Shown: piece after piece, positions 26,961 to 39,700 of the stretch
How the letters are laid out: each line of letters begins with the position of its first letter
Position numbering within the stretch: the stretch's first letter is position 1
From: Vicugna vicugna
Taxonomy: Eukaryota
Direction of reading: 5' to 3'
Assembly: GCA_013265495.1 (NCBI GenBank)
Contig: MU058824.1
Coordinates: forward strand, 3,313,111 to 3,377,110
Length of the DNA stretch: 64,000 nucleotides
Made by a program: the position numbers and the translations under genes
The notes under the pieces: generated by a model
What the model saw: the letters and a program-made list of their open reading frames with translations, nothing else
Told to the model about the DNA's origin: nothing
Database searches by the model: none

Positions 26961-27212
26961 ACTCATCTCAAAAATGTGGCTTTCAGAGCTGACCCCTGCC
27001 CTCCATGTGGCCTGAGCCAGGAAGAGCAATAGGGTTAATCACTTCCTTTTATCTGGCTCTGCTGTTACTGCAGCTGGGAACTACACTGGCCTGTTCAGGC
27101 AACCCCAACACGCCAGTGACCTGAAGCCTCCCGTTCTAGCCCTGCTGGGCTGTCCCCTCACCATGTACCCCACTGGTCCTTCCAAACCGAAGCACAGCAC
27201 TTCACATTTCTC

Positions 27213-27218
27213 TTTATT
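27213..27218 (-). terminator. POLR1E: Candidate polyadenylation signal AATAAA of POLR1E
   Basis: TTTATT on + strand about 330 nt past the POLR1E stop codon. Confidence 0.6.
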
Positions 27219-27543
27219 AACCTTTATCCATTAGAGGTGGCCCAAGGTTCAGCCTATGAGATCTTTTGCCTCCGACTTCCCCAGACCCCACCCTCCGACA
27301 TCGCACACAGGAACCACGTACCATTGACAATCACGGCAACACTGAAGGAGGCAGATGGAGTCCAATATGGCCATCGCTTTATGTTTGTGCTTAAGATCAG
27401 TACTACTGAGGTGCTGGCTTCTGGCTTCATACCCATGCCAAAGCAAGGCTGCTTTTTTTCTTCTTTCTTTAAAAATAAAAATTCAAATGAATAGAAACAG
27501 TGGCTATGATGTGGCCAAAATGCTCTATCTGGAAAGTACACCT

Positions 27544-27703
27544 CTAGGTGATCTTCCTCCGCTTCGACTGACGGTCCAAGGTCTGGGCTGGAGGCAGCGG
27601 GATGGAGAGAGTGCCCAGTTTGTGATCCTCTTCCCTGTCTGCTGCCAGAGAAACCCTTTTTTTAGAGATCTTCAGCCTCATGGCTTTCGCTATCTCCATC
27701 ATC
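27544..27703 (-). CDS. POLR1E: POLR1E exon 12 (terminal)
   Basis: ttccttag|G; (R)MMEIAKAMRLKISKKRVSLAADREEDHKLGTLSIPLPPAQTLDRQSKRRKIT, TAG. Confidence 0.96.
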
Positions 27704-28827
27704 CTAAGGAAACAAAAACAGGAAACCAAGGAGAGTTTCCTCAATGTGACTGTTCAGGGAGGCTTGGCAGGAGGGGGTGGCACGTTTGCACTCCAGGCCA
27801 AGAAACAGACTCCCCAAGGTGGCCACGAGGAGCAAAGCCTCCAGCAGAGAGCCATCAGTCTCCCTTTTTAATGTGTTGTCCTTAGAAAATATCTACATAG
27901 GTGATGGCAAACCAGGTTATCTAGATCCTACGGACAACTCTGTTCACTTCCTGTAAAAGGATTGAGCACTTGCTAGAATAATACAGGCTCCAAGTATCTG
28001 TTTCTCTTCCATGTTCAACCTCACCACCATGAGAATGCCATTTGTGGACGGCCCTAGAAAATCCCCTCTATGGACTGGTACAAAAGTCCAGATAAGGGTG
28101 TTTTCCTAGGTGCTCTTGGAACACCGTCAGGGTCCTTGGATGCTAGATGTACCTAAATCACTGATGAAGGCCAGCCCATCCCGTGGTTCAGCACCCTGGC
28201 AGGTTCTGCTCCCTACTCAGTCTGAATCCCTTCTAGCAAGGCTAGAAAGGGCCTGAGAGGTCATCTCTGCCACCCTCCCAGTCCAGTCAGAGAATCCCGA
28301 ATGGGGCATCCCCGCCAAACTGCAGCCCTTCTTGCCTTACACACCACCTCCCCTGCAGCCCCTTCCATCTGACTCTAAGAAAGTTCTTTTTGCTAAGCTG
28401 AAATTGGGTTCTTATGTAACTTCCACTCCTAGGTGACCCTGCCTCAGAACTACACAGAATCCCTCTTCCCAGTGACAGCAATTTGGAGACTGGAGGGTGC
28501 TTGGTCATAGAGAGTCAGAAGGCTCAGGTCGAAGCCCAGCTATTCCCTTTCTTTGCTGTGTCACACTGGAAAAGTCACTGATGTATCTGAACCGAAGATT
28601 CTTCTTCAGCTGTTTCTTGGGGAAATCACTGAGAGAGATTCTGACAGATGTAACACTGTGCTTAGCAGAGCGAAGGCTCTCAGTCATGACTGGATGCTTA
28701 TCCATTCAATCAATCATTCATTATTTGAAGATTGCACCCAGGTCCCTTGACGGTGCCTCAGGCTTTCCAGTGGTATCAGAATGACACCAAGGCACCCTAA
28801 GGGAGCTTCTCCTTCTGTTGTGCTCAC

Positions 28828-28959
28828 CTTTTCTCACTGAGCTTCAAGTCTCTCTGTAACATTGTCAGGTCAACCTGGAAGCTGTTTATGTGCAAGGCGA
28901 GTATGATCACATAGGCGGTGATCTTTGCCTTCATAGAGTCCGAAATTAAGTTCCGTAAA
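28828..28959 (-). CDS. POLR1E: POLR1E exon 11 (132 nt)
   Basis: tttgcag|T ... AG|gtgagc; LRNLISDSMKAKITAYVIILALHINSFQVDLTMLQRDLKLSEK. Confidence 0.96.
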
Positions 28960-29714
28960 CTGCAAACCAGTGTCAGTAAGAGAGACAAGAGAGACAAAAT
29001 TAAACTCTCAGATGATTTCTCCAAAAACAAAAACATTCAACGCATTCATATGTCTTCCCATCCCGGGGAGAGGAAAAGGAATTTGGTCAACATTCCTTGT
29101 CTGGTTGTGGCGCCTGAGCCTTCACACATAGCCAAGCAGCGAGCCAATCCCCGCCTCCCTCCAAGGGGGACAGAGAAGGCCCACCTACAAGATCCCCAGG
29201 CAGTCAGAGCCTCACACCAGTGAGGACCTGCCATGTCTTTCCCAGCCTGCTCAGCAGGATTGCTGGGAAACCAGTCATCCCAAACTTGGCTGCTTGACGA
29301 TTCTTCCAAGCACACTCAGAGCAGAAAACATATTCCAAGCAAATGGCAGGAAGAAAGCCCAGGTGCCCTGCTTGGGGGATTCCTTCCCCAAAGTCATCCT
29401 ACTGGCCTGCCCTTTCCAGCAGAACATTAGTTCCATGGAGTTTAGGCAGGGGTCCTCGGAAAAAGTGTGTGATGTGAAGACTTCACTGCAGGACTTCCCA
29501 GAGCCTTTAACGTGAACTTCTCCAGAGGGCTAGAGTCTGTCCTACAGTGTTACCTAAACTCACGTGACCCCAGGACCCCTCCAAGTGGCAGTGCCCTCTT
29601 CAGCAGTTTCTCTGTGGACACGGACTTCAATCCAAACCTCCTCCCCACTCTCATCACCCTCCACACCCTGCTTTCTCCTTTACAGGCAGAAGCTAAGAAA
29701 TCAAGCCCCCTGAC

Positions 29715-29796
29715 CTGCCGTTGTTGTAGGTCAAACAGGTAAAGTGCTTCAGCAGCTTAGTGTTGATGACGTGGGGAACTCCAGGTCCCAGGGCAC
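29715..29796 (-). CDS. POLR1E: POLR1E exon 10 (82 nt)
   Basis: tcttgtag|GT ... AG|gtcagg; ALGPGVPHVINTKLLKHFTCLTYNNG. Confidence 0.96.
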
Positions 29797-30139
29797 CTAC
29801 AAGACACAGAGGAGTCCCATCATTTTCTTTCAGCCCTCTCAGGCCACACTCACCTATGTGCTGGGAGAAGAGGACAGCCACTGGGGCAATGAAATGAACA
29901 GAAGCACGTGGGAGGAGAAGGAGCCCATGGAACACAACAGCCACTTTCAAATGAAACTGTGCTCAGGGGTGCTTCTGCCTGCAGACCATACGTGCACAAG
30001 AGATGTTCGTGATGGGGCAGCAACAAGGAAGAAAGACCAATTGTGGAGAAAGCCCAGGAAGAGGGTAAGGAGGGGAGACTGGCATGTGAAAATAAGAATT
30101 AAGCAAATACTGAAAAACATGAATATAGACACAGCTGTA

Positions 30140-30640
30140 TGCTATGCAATAAAGCGAATCACGTGAGCTTTTTGATTACCTAGTGCATGTAAGTTATGTT
30201 TACAGTACACTGTAGTCTGTTAAGTGAGCAATACTATCATGTCTAAAAAAAACCAATGTCCATACCTTAATTAAAAAAGAACTTTATGCTGTAAACCTGA
30301 AACTGTTCTAAAAAAATAGTCTATTAAAAAAAAAACAGTAACTTTATTGCTAAAGATTGCTAACTATCATGTAAGCCTTGAGCAAGTCGCAGTAGTAACA
30401 TCAAAGATCACTATTTGCAGACTATCATAAAAAATATAATAATAAAAAAGCTTAAACTATTGTGAGAATTACCGAAATGTGTCACAGAGACACAAAGTGA
30501 GCAAATACTGTTGGGAAAATGGCATCAATAGACTTTCTTGACGCAGGGTTGCAATAAGCATTCAATTTGTTTGAAAAAAAATCCTGTATCTACGAAGCAC
30601 AATAAAAGTGCAGCACAGAAGACCACAATGTGCTCGTACA
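30140..30640. mobile_element. Tigger (Tigger2a-like) DNA transposon remnant
   Basis: GCAATAAAGCGAATCAC...GAGAATTACCGAAATGTGTCACAGAGACACAAAGTGAGCA...CGAAGCACAATAAA. Confidence 0.78.
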
Positions 30641-31167
30641 GACTCTTGGTGCCCAATCACAGTAACACGACTGCGCATATCTTATGCCTAAAATCACAGG
30701 TGTCTCCCTCTGGTGTTCCGAAACTGGGTGAACGGAAGTGTTTGGCAGCCACCCACGCCCTAGCGCCAGACGACACAGTTACCAACTCTCCCAGTCAGAA
30801 ATATGCTGACACAACAACATTATAAGCAAGGCCAATTTTTCACCCCATACAACTATGTCTGTCTAACCATCCCTTAAAATGTTCATTTGATTTGCCTGGA
30901 TATTATACTTTGCCTGACATGGAACAGAACAGTGAATGTTAGCTCCGAGCAATTGTATAATCCAACCTGACCCTATTTTCAGAGGAAAGAGCTTGGCAAG
31001 TCCTCTCAGCACGTCAGCAGTACCAGCAGGAATCCCACCGCTACACAGTTAAAAATAAAGACCTGGACAGGCATGTCCATTTTCTTCGCTCACTAGAGCT
31101 GGTCTAAGAATTGCAGGCAAATAACAGACTGGAAATTACTAGAATAAAATGCCTATGATGGACTTAC

Positions 31168-31301
31168 TTTTCCGCTTAATCACTTTCTGTGCTCGAAATT
31201 TGATAAGGGTGTCCAGAAACCATATACACCGGGCCTGGCGGTCTCGCCTCTCCTCATTTGATGGCAAAGACTTCAACGCTTCTATGACGAAGGAGCAGTG
31301 A
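31168..31301 (-). CDS. POLR1E: POLR1E exon 9 (134 nt)
   Basis: cctcattag|T ... A|gtaagt; HCSFVIEALKSLPSNEERRDRQARCIWFLDTLIKFRAQKVIKRK. Confidence 0.96.
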
Positions 31302-31465
31302 CTAATGAGGGAGGGAAAAGGAGGAATGTGTAAGACTGGCTCTGTCAGGAGCCACTCGCTCCTTCACACCAAAGACAGCAGGCACCCCTCACACTGGTAC
31401 ACAGTCAACAGTGGAGGAAGGGCCATCCCACCAGCCCCTTGTAACAGGAGGAGCACGACTTAGTG

Positions 31466-31652
31466 CAGGGGCAGCCAAGGGCTGGACAGTCAGTATTCCA
31501 CATTTTGTGTGTGATATGGTCACTGCCATTGTAGTACACAGGCAGCCATCGGTAACACAGACATGAACGACTGAGGCTGTGTTCCAATAAAATTTCATTC
31601 ACAGGCAGCCAGCCAGACTCGGCATGTGGGCCATAGCTGGCCCAACTCTGAC
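31466..31652. mobile_element. MER58A-like hAT element
   Basis: GGCTGTGTTCCAATAAAATTTCATT...GTGGGCCATAG. Confidence 0.7.
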
Positions 31653-31669
31653 GTGGTGGTCTAGAGTAC

Positions 31670-31862
31670 AGGCTCTCAGCTACCTGGGTTTGAATCCCCC
31701 TCTCTGCCACTAAGTGGCTTGGGCAAACTTCTGAACATCTCGGTGCCCTGGTTTCTTCATCTGTAAATTAAGGCTAATGATAGTACCCTCATCTTACGGA
31801 TTTTTGTGGATTAAAGAGACAATGTAAGCAAACCACTGCTCAACTCATGTTGGCTATTATTT
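31670..31862 (+). mobile_element. MIR SINE
   Basis: CCTGGGTTTGAATCCC...GTTTCTTCATCTGTAAA core. Confidence 0.75.
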
Positions 31863-32369
31863 TTACGTATAGTTCTTCTACTCTCAGGATTCCAGACTTC
31901 CAGGAATAAAAGGCTCTTTGAGGCCATCTGGTAACACCTCATTTTACAGATAAGAAAACCAAGGCTCAGGAAGGGGACAATCACAAAGTACACCAGGCGG
32001 AGCTTGGGAATTCCAATCTCCAGACTCCCAGCCCAGAACTCATTCCTGCAGCTGCCCCTGGGCCACAATCACATTAAAACAACAAAGAACCAGTAATGAG
32101 CTCTTTTTTGGAAATGGATCTTTGGAAAGAGAAAAAAAAAAAGTATTTCCAAGACTTCAGATTTCACTGACCAGTAAAATCTTCAAACAAAAATCTTGAG
32201 AAACAACCTTAGGTTGATAACTTTTTATCTTCTCAAGATGAAATTATTAAAAGAAAAACTCAAAAGCAGGAGAAAAAAAAAAAACCCTGCTTTAAATGGC
32301 CAAAAAAAGAAGGGGAGGAAATTATCTCTAAATTATTTAAAACATATTTCATTTAAAATGTATACATTT

Positions 32370-32482
32370 GGCAGGGAAGGTACAGCTCAAGCAGTAGAGC
32401 TCATGCTTAGCATGCAGGAGGTCCTGGGTTCAATCCCCAGTACCTCCATTAAAATAAACAAACAAACTTAATTATCCCCCCT
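32370..32482 (+). mobile_element. tRNA-derived SINE (Vic-1-like)
   Basis: GGGAAGGTACAGCTCAAGCAGTAGAGC...GGGTTCAATCCCCAGTACCTCC; AAATGTATA on both flanks. Confidence 0.88.
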
Positions 32483-32871
32483 AAATGTATAAACTTAACT
32501 TCAGAAAAGCTCACTCAGCCCATCACCACAGATAAACCATCACCAGGTGGCACCTACTCCCACACCAGTACTTGGGCCTCACCAGAGACAATCAGCATCA
32601 GCGTAACATTGAGGGCACAGAGGCCACCTCCAGTTCCCAACCCCAGACTATAAGGACTCACCACCCTCTGCCCAGCCACATGCACTGAGGTCAACTATCT
32701 CCCTTGATCAACTTGGGGGCCCAAACACTCAAGAAAACACTAGCTCGTTCACGTCCAAATGCTGAACAGACATGTATCCTCACTGACTGACATCCAAGGT
32801 CCACTTCATGTCTGACTACTGTTGTGTCCCAACATTACTCCCCAGACACTCCATCTGCCCAAGTGGGGTAC

Positions 32872-32968
32872 CTGTTCTCTTCAGCCATCTTTAGTATTTC
32901 TTCTGATGTGACATTCCTGAAGGCTTCAGATGGGCTCTGAAGAGCGTCATACTCCGCTGGAGAAAGAA
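32872..32968 (-). CDS. POLR1E: POLR1E exon 8 (97 nt)
   Basis: tccttgacctgtaactag|TT ... AG|gtaccc; LSPAEYDALQSPSEAFRNVTSEEILKMAEEN. Confidence 0.95.
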
Positions 32969-33611
32969 CTAGTTACAGGTCAAGGACACAACCTGACCAA
33001 AATGGAAACATCCAACTAACAAGCTCATCTCGTAGCGGCCTCGTTTTAGAGATGGGAAAACAGAGGCTCAGAGAGGGGATGCTCACACAGTATGTCTGGG
33101 CAGAGCTCAGAGCCCAGTCTCCACACTCTCAGCCCAGAGCTCATTCCCTGCCTGGGCCTTTCTGTCTTCTCTTATCACAAAGCCACTGTAGGCGTTTTCC
33201 CTCTGACTAGAGCCACAGGTATGGAAACTCTACATTCCAACCCTTCCTTTTACAAAATCAGTCTGCCCTAGACTTTGGGCACTGGCCAACTTAAGTCATG
33301 TTTTGACTCTTCATGGAGAGCGACCCCCCCCCCACCATACACACAGGGCTGAGCTGTGGGCATTTCCCATTTTGCTGAGGAATGGGTTGAATCCCAAGGG
33401 CTGACAGGCCAGTGCTGCAGTGGGTCCCTCAGCTGTTGAGGAAGCCTCACTGACATCACAGCAACAGCACTGGGGCAACCGCAAGGGCCTGGGGGTAGCT
33501 TCTGTGAGCATCAGAGGACCACCAACACCCTCAGAGAGCCTGGCTGGGCCACTTCTGTGTGCATATCCCAACTTGGGACATGAGGCGGCATTCCTCCCAC
33601 AGGAAGGATAC
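32969..33611 (-). other. POLR1E: POLR1E intron 7, U12-type (minor spliceosome) GT-AG intron, 643 nt
   Basis: 5' splice site GTATCCTT (33611-33604); branch site TCCTTGAC (32986-32979) with the A 12 nt from the 3' end; no polypyrimidine tract. Confidence 0.92.
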
Positions 33612-33719
33612 GGTCTTCAAATTTATACACGTCTTCAGGCTTGGTTGCATCAGCGTGGCAGGGAGGGAGGTAGAGGGAGTCGTCCTGCAAGTCATCGTGG
33701 ATGGCGTCACTGACCAGGG
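33612..33719 (-). CDS. POLR1E: POLR1E exon 7 (108 nt)
   Basis: ctgaaaag|CC ... C|gtatcctt; (A)LVSDAIHDDLQDDSLYLPPCHADATKPEDVYKFED. Confidence 0.95.
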
Positions 33720-34239
33720 CTTTTCAGTAAAGGGAGAGTCAGTGTCAGTATCACCCTGCTTGGCCTCAGGTTCCCAACACTCTTTGCAACCTGTGTGCTC
33801 AAGACCATCATTGGCCCAGAACCCCCTCATCTGAACACTTCTGCCAGTATGGCCTGACCTCCCCCTCAGGCTGACTGCTCCAGGACTGTCATGTCCACTC
33901 ATGACGTAAACCCATCAAGGCCCCAGAGAAGATGGACACAGCGCAGTCCTCCTCAGGTGACTCGCAGTATAGCAGGGAGACAGGTGTGCTAATAAATATT
34001 TACAATACAAGAGAAGAGAAGCTAAAAATGAGGGATATTCGAAATAGCCTTTAATGGCTTAACTTCCAGAAAACTTCTCCACAAACTGAGTTAAAAAAAA
34101 AATCAAATCATAAAATTGTAACTATCTCTCAGGGATAACCATGTAAGAATTAAGTACGCATACAGACAAGAACAGAGAGGAAACAGGAAAACTGTAACAG
34201 TTGGTCTGGTAAGAATGATGGGGAAATGGGTGAATTATT

Positions 34240-34930
34240 TTTCTTTCCTTTAATAGCTGAGAGTAAACCAGACTAAAAAACTGAAAAATTTATTTAGATA
34301 TTAAAGTATGTCTGACTAAATGGAGACATATTTCTGTTCCTGGATGAGAAAACATAATATTATACAGATGTTGATTCTCCTCATATTAATTGCAAATGAT
34401 TTTAAAGAAACTTGACAAAGTAATTTTTAAGATCACCTGGAAGAAAAAGTACATTTGTGAAAAACAAGGATGAAGGTGGTGACTTTGCCCTACCAGGCAG
34501 TAAACTGGAAGATGAGGCTACCACAATCAGAAGACCCTGGTGCTGCCTCAAGAGCAGCCAATCAGAACGATGAGACAGAACACAACCAAGAATGTGGCAA
34601 AATGACAGAGGTGACTTTTTAAATCATTTTTTACAAAAGGAAAGGATGGAATTGGGGACATCTGGCTAATCATTTGGAAAATATAAAATGAGGTCTGTAC
34701 CACAGGCAAAGAAAGAAAAAAATCTTTTCATTAAGATTTAGGTGTAAAAAGTAAAATTGTGAAAATATTGAAAGTAAATGTAGGAAAATATTTATAAAAT
34801 CATGTGTTACGGAAAGATTTTCTAAAAATTACTAAAATTTCATTTTAATAGAAAAACTGCTCTCACACATATATAAACTTTCTCTTACGTCCTTATAATG
34901 TATTTGAATAGTACATTTTAAATAATACAA
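34240..34930 (+). mobile_element. Highly decayed L1M ORF2 remnant
   Basis: AAATGGAGACATATTTCTGTTCCTGGATGAGAAAAC...GGACTTTGCCCTACCAG resembles L1 ORF2 segments. Confidence 0.55.
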
Positions 34931-35365
34931 CTAAATATTCAAGCTGCTGAAAAATTTAGGAAAAGAAAAAGATCCAGGGACCCCAAAGTGAGACACTGTC
35001 TCTGGAAGCTCAGTACATCATCATCACGTCACTTTTTGACTAAAGCCTCCCTGTAACTCAGAGACATGAGGCCCTCTCCCTCCCCTGTGCCCTGCAGGCT
35101 GTAGCCCTGGCACCAAGGACATGGAGGGCATAGAGCCATCCCCACGCCTGTCTCCTCTACTTGACTGTGAGCTTACTGAGGGCAGGCCATGTCAGGTGCT
35201 TCTTACCACTATCAGAGTCTGCTCCTAAGAAGGCCCTCAGTGAGAGGCAGGAAGGAATACAGCCCTCACTCCCATCACTTCCCTCTGTGGGGCGGGTAAA
35301 AGATCTCAAGAGAGGAGAAAGCTGTCTCTACGAGCAGCCTCTTACCCCAAGTTCCACCTGCTTAC

Positions 35366-35510
35366 CAGTGACACCCTTTGTATCAATAATATTCTCTGCG
35401 GCTTTAGCCACTGCACGATTCAAAGATTCACTGCCAACTTTGTTCATCCTCCTGGAGTTCAGAGCCCGCTTCTGTTTGGTGGTACCAAAAGCTTCAATGC
35501 AAGAATCCAT
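35366..35510 (-). CDS. POLR1E: POLR1E exon 6 (145 nt)
   Basis: gcacag|ATG ... G|gtaagc; MDSCIEAFGTTKQKRALNSRRMNKVGSESLNRAVAKAAENIIDTKGVT. Confidence 0.96.
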
Positions 35511-36316
35511 CTGTGCAAAAGACAAATCTGGTCACTGGGGACAGGCTGGTACTACTACTCCTAGCTGTGTGACTATGTGGAAACGCTCAACCTCTCTGAG
35601 TCATTAATACCTCACCTGTAAATTGGGCTGATTCATACCTAACTATCCCATAGGCTTATTTTAAGAACCAAATGGTATTAAGAGATCTGAAGTACTTGCT
35701 TTGTAAACTGTAAGGAGCTATTTATAAATCAATAGTGTCTGTCTGTAAAATGAAGACACTTGGCTAGAATTAGTGTTGGTAAATCTGTGGCACTTGGCTT
35801 ACCACTTTCCAATCCCACATCCATGACAGACATTGCTCATAGACACTCACTCTCTATGAGCCTGAAGACAGCCTGACACTCCCTTCTCAATACAGTGCTC
35901 CAAGGGCACTGAAGATTCCATCACCTTGCCATCCCGGGGTGAGATTTAGCTTTGCAGGAACCATCTACATTGAAAATCCTAGTTTACTTTGTCTTGGTAT
36001 AAGGTTTCCAGGATAGCGCCGGTATTTTCTGAAACTTGGATTAAATCCTGAAAACAAGTGTTATGCTACACCTGTAACAGCCCAGAGAACTGGTTCCAAA
36101 CACTGGCACAGAGCTGTGTGTAGTCGCCCCAGATGGGAGGTCTGCCCTCTGTGAGGCCGAGGAGGCCTCTGCAGGTAGGAACTGTCTAGAGAATCACAGA
36201 CTGAACGTGCTGGGAGCAGCCAGGGAGACCCCTGCTTTCAACCAGCTCAATTTGGGGGAAACCCAAGGTCTAGAAGGAACTTGCTTTAGGTCTCATGTCA
36301 GTTCTGTCACACTTAC

Positions 36317-36375
36317 CTTTTCCCTAAAAGATTTGGTCTGGTTCTCTAGTGTCGATTCACTCTCAACTGATTCAT
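36317..36375 (-). CDS. POLR1E: POLR1E exon 5 (59 nt)
   Basis: tttgtag|AT ... AAG|gtaagt; (D)ESVESESTLENQTKSFREK. Confidence 0.94.
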
Positions 36376-36767
36376 CTACAAAACACAGAACAAATAAAAA
36401 CAGAAAGAAAAAAAAAAGCAAACCATAAGACCTACAAGTAGTAATAATGTTTAATATTTGTTTACAGTTAATCTAAGAAAAACAGATTTCTGTACTACAG
36501 GACTTCCCAGAGCTTAATATGCATGTGTATTGTGAACATTCAGGATGAAGCTGTAGTACAGTTAGAGAATTTGGAGTGTAAGTTAAGGAGTCAAGTGAAG
36601 GGTCATCTGATCCAAGCTCTTCATTTTACAAATAAGGAAAAATGAGGCTTCCAGATGAAATGACTTGCCCAGGTCAGTTCACCAGGCAATGGCAGAGATG
36701 GGATTAGAAACTAAGTCCTCTGCTCTTTCCAGTAGATAGTTTTGTCCTCCCTGCAAAAGACCTAAGG

Positions 36768-39700
36768 AAGAGGGATCAGGATGGCAGAGCAGAAGATGTA
36801 GAGCTCACCTCCCCCTACAAACACATCAAAAATACACCTATATGTGGAACAATTCTCGTGGAAAACTGTGAGACTGACAGAATTCCTATACAAACAAAGC
36901 TGCAAGAAAGATTTCCATGAAACCAGGTGGGACAAAAAAAGGCATAGCATCAGGATTCTCACCCCTGAGAGGGAACTGAAAGGAAGAGAAGGTCTCCAAG
37001 GGCGGAACCTCGCCCTGGGGAATAAGTGGGCAGAGCCACAGACTAGGGGTCCCAGTCCTAGGGTCCTGCACAGAGGTGATAAGCCCCCTTGGCTGCAGGA
37101 CAGAAAGAGGAACTAGAGAAACCTAGACTCTACTCGTGAAGAGTACGCACGTGCTGGCTTGCCAACAATCAGGGCAGAGAGCACTCTGCCCTGGCGGCTG
37201 CTGGCTCACCACATTCCCCAGGCCAAAGGGGGCAACCACCTCAGCCCCACTCGCTACACACCACAGCTTGGCGTGAGATCTGGGCCAACCAGCCCTCGGG
37301 AAAAGACTCGGTCTTTCCTACAGCACCAACCACAGCCCCTGTCAAGGTGATGGTGGCCAGCACACCCTAAGGAAAGACGTGACTGGCAAACATATCAGAA
37401 CTAGCCCCCGCACCAAAGACACTGGACACATGCAGTCTACATAGGGACACACCCACATAAAAATACCCCTTTGAGAACACAATAAATGTTTCTCTTAAAG
37501 TTAAAGAGACAAAGAAAGTTAAGTAAAATGAAAAGGCAGAGGAAGATCACTTAAATAGCCAGTATGTAGACTTTTTTTAATCCAAAAAAGTCATAGAAGT
37601 GATTATAACTACAATAAACAGTAAAAGGATAGACATGGAGATATAAAATAGGACATCAAAATCACAAAATGTGGGGGAGGGGAGTATAAAAATGTAGATC
37701 TTTTAGAATGTGGTCAAACTTGAACGACTATCAGTTTAATGCAAATAGATATAGTTATAAGTCAACATACATAAACTCCATGGTAACTACAAATCAAAGA
37801 CATTAAGAGTCACAAAAACCAAAAAGAAAGGAACTCAGGCATACTACAAAAGACAATCATCAAACCACAAAAGTAAAAACAAATGGAAGAGGAAAGGAAC
37901 AAAGAACTATAAAAACAACTGAAAAACAAGGACTAAAGTGGCAATAAGTACATACTTATCAATAATTACTTTAAATGTCAATGGACTAAATGCTTCGAGA
38001 AAAAGACAGAGTAGCTGATTGGATTAAAAAAAGAATCTGCAATATGCTGCCTTCAAGAGACCCACTTTGGGGTGAAAGACACACATAGACTGAAAATGAG
38101 AGGATGAAAAGATATTTCATGGAAATGATAAGAAAGTGGGGTAGCAACAGTCATATCAGACAGAACAGACTTTAAAACAAAGACCATAAAGAAAGACAAA
38201 GAAGAGGATTATATAATGATAAAAGAATCAATACAAGAAGACGATATTACACTTGTTAACATATACATATAGGAGCACCTAAATGTATAAAGCAAATACT
38301 AACAGACATATAGGAAAAAACTGACAATAATACAATAATAGTAGGAGACTTTAACACCCCACTAACATCAATGGACAGATTATCCAGACATAAAATCAAT
38401 AAGGTTAACAGAGTGTAAATGACACAATAGACCAGTTGGACTTAACTGATATCTACGAGACACTACATCCTAAAAAGGCAGAAATATACATCCATTTCAA
38501 GTGTCCATGGAACGTTCTCTAGGATAGATCATGTACTAGGTCACAAAATAAGCCTCAACACATTTAATAGAATAAAAATGATATCCAGTGTCTTTTCTGA
38601 TCACAATGGTATGAAACTAGAAATTAACTACAGGAAGAAAAATGGTAAAAGAACAAACACGCTAAGACTAAACAACATGCTACTAAAAAAACCAATGGGT
38701 CAACAGTGAAATTAAAAAAAAAGAGAAAAAAGAAAGAAAACACCTCAAGACAAATGAAGATGAAAACACAATCTTACAAAATCTATGGGATGTGTAAAAG
38801 CAGTTCTAAGAGGGAAGTTCACAGCAATACAGGCCTTCCGCAAGAAACAAGAAAAATCTTAACAACCTGACCTACCACCTAAAAGAATTAGAAAAAGAAG
38901 AACAAACAATACCCAAAGTCAGCAAAAGGAAGGAAATAATAAAGATCAGAGGAGAAATAAATAAAATAGAAATTTAAAAATCAAAAAGATCAATAAAACC
39001 AAGAGCTGTTTTTAAAAAAGATAAACAAAATCAACAAACCCCTAGCCAGCTCACCAAGAAGAGAGAATGCAAATAAGCAAAATAAGAAATGAAAGAGGAG
39101 AAATAACAACTGATACCACAGAAATAAGTAAAACCGTAAGAGAATACTGTAAACAGTTATATGCCAACAAACTGGACAACCTAGAAATGGACAAATTTCT
39201 AGAAACATACGTGTGCCAAGACTGAGTCAAGAAGAAACAGACAATTTGAACAGACCAATCACTAGAAGTGAAACAGAATCTAAAATTTAAAAATCCACTG
39301 CAAACAAAATTCCAGGACCCAAAAGCTTACACTGGGGAATTCTACTAAACATATAAAGAACTTATACCTATCTTCTCAAACTATTCCAAAAGACTGAAGA
39401 AGAGGGAACACTTCTAAATTCAATCTACGAGACCATCATTACCCTGATACCAAAATCAGATAGAGACATTGTGAAAAAAGAAAATTACAGGCCAATATCT
39501 CTGATGAATATAGAGGCAAAAATCCTCAACAAAACACTAACAAACTGACTCCAACAATACATAAAAAAGATTTTTCACCATAATCAAGTTGGATTCATTC
39601 CAGGGTCACAAGGATGGTTCAATGCACATGAATCAATCAGTGTGATACACCACATTAACAAGAGTAAAGACAAAAACCACATGACCATCTCAATAGAGGC

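Noticed and set aside
27355..27885. 176-aa + strand ORF
   Set aside because: Antisense shadow of POLR1E exon 12 and its 3' UTR; no recognisable protein
32540..32553. CTCF-like TCACCAGGTGGCAC (similar matches near 2446 and 29578)
   Set aside because: Short motif matches of this quality are expected by chance in 64 kb; no supporting context
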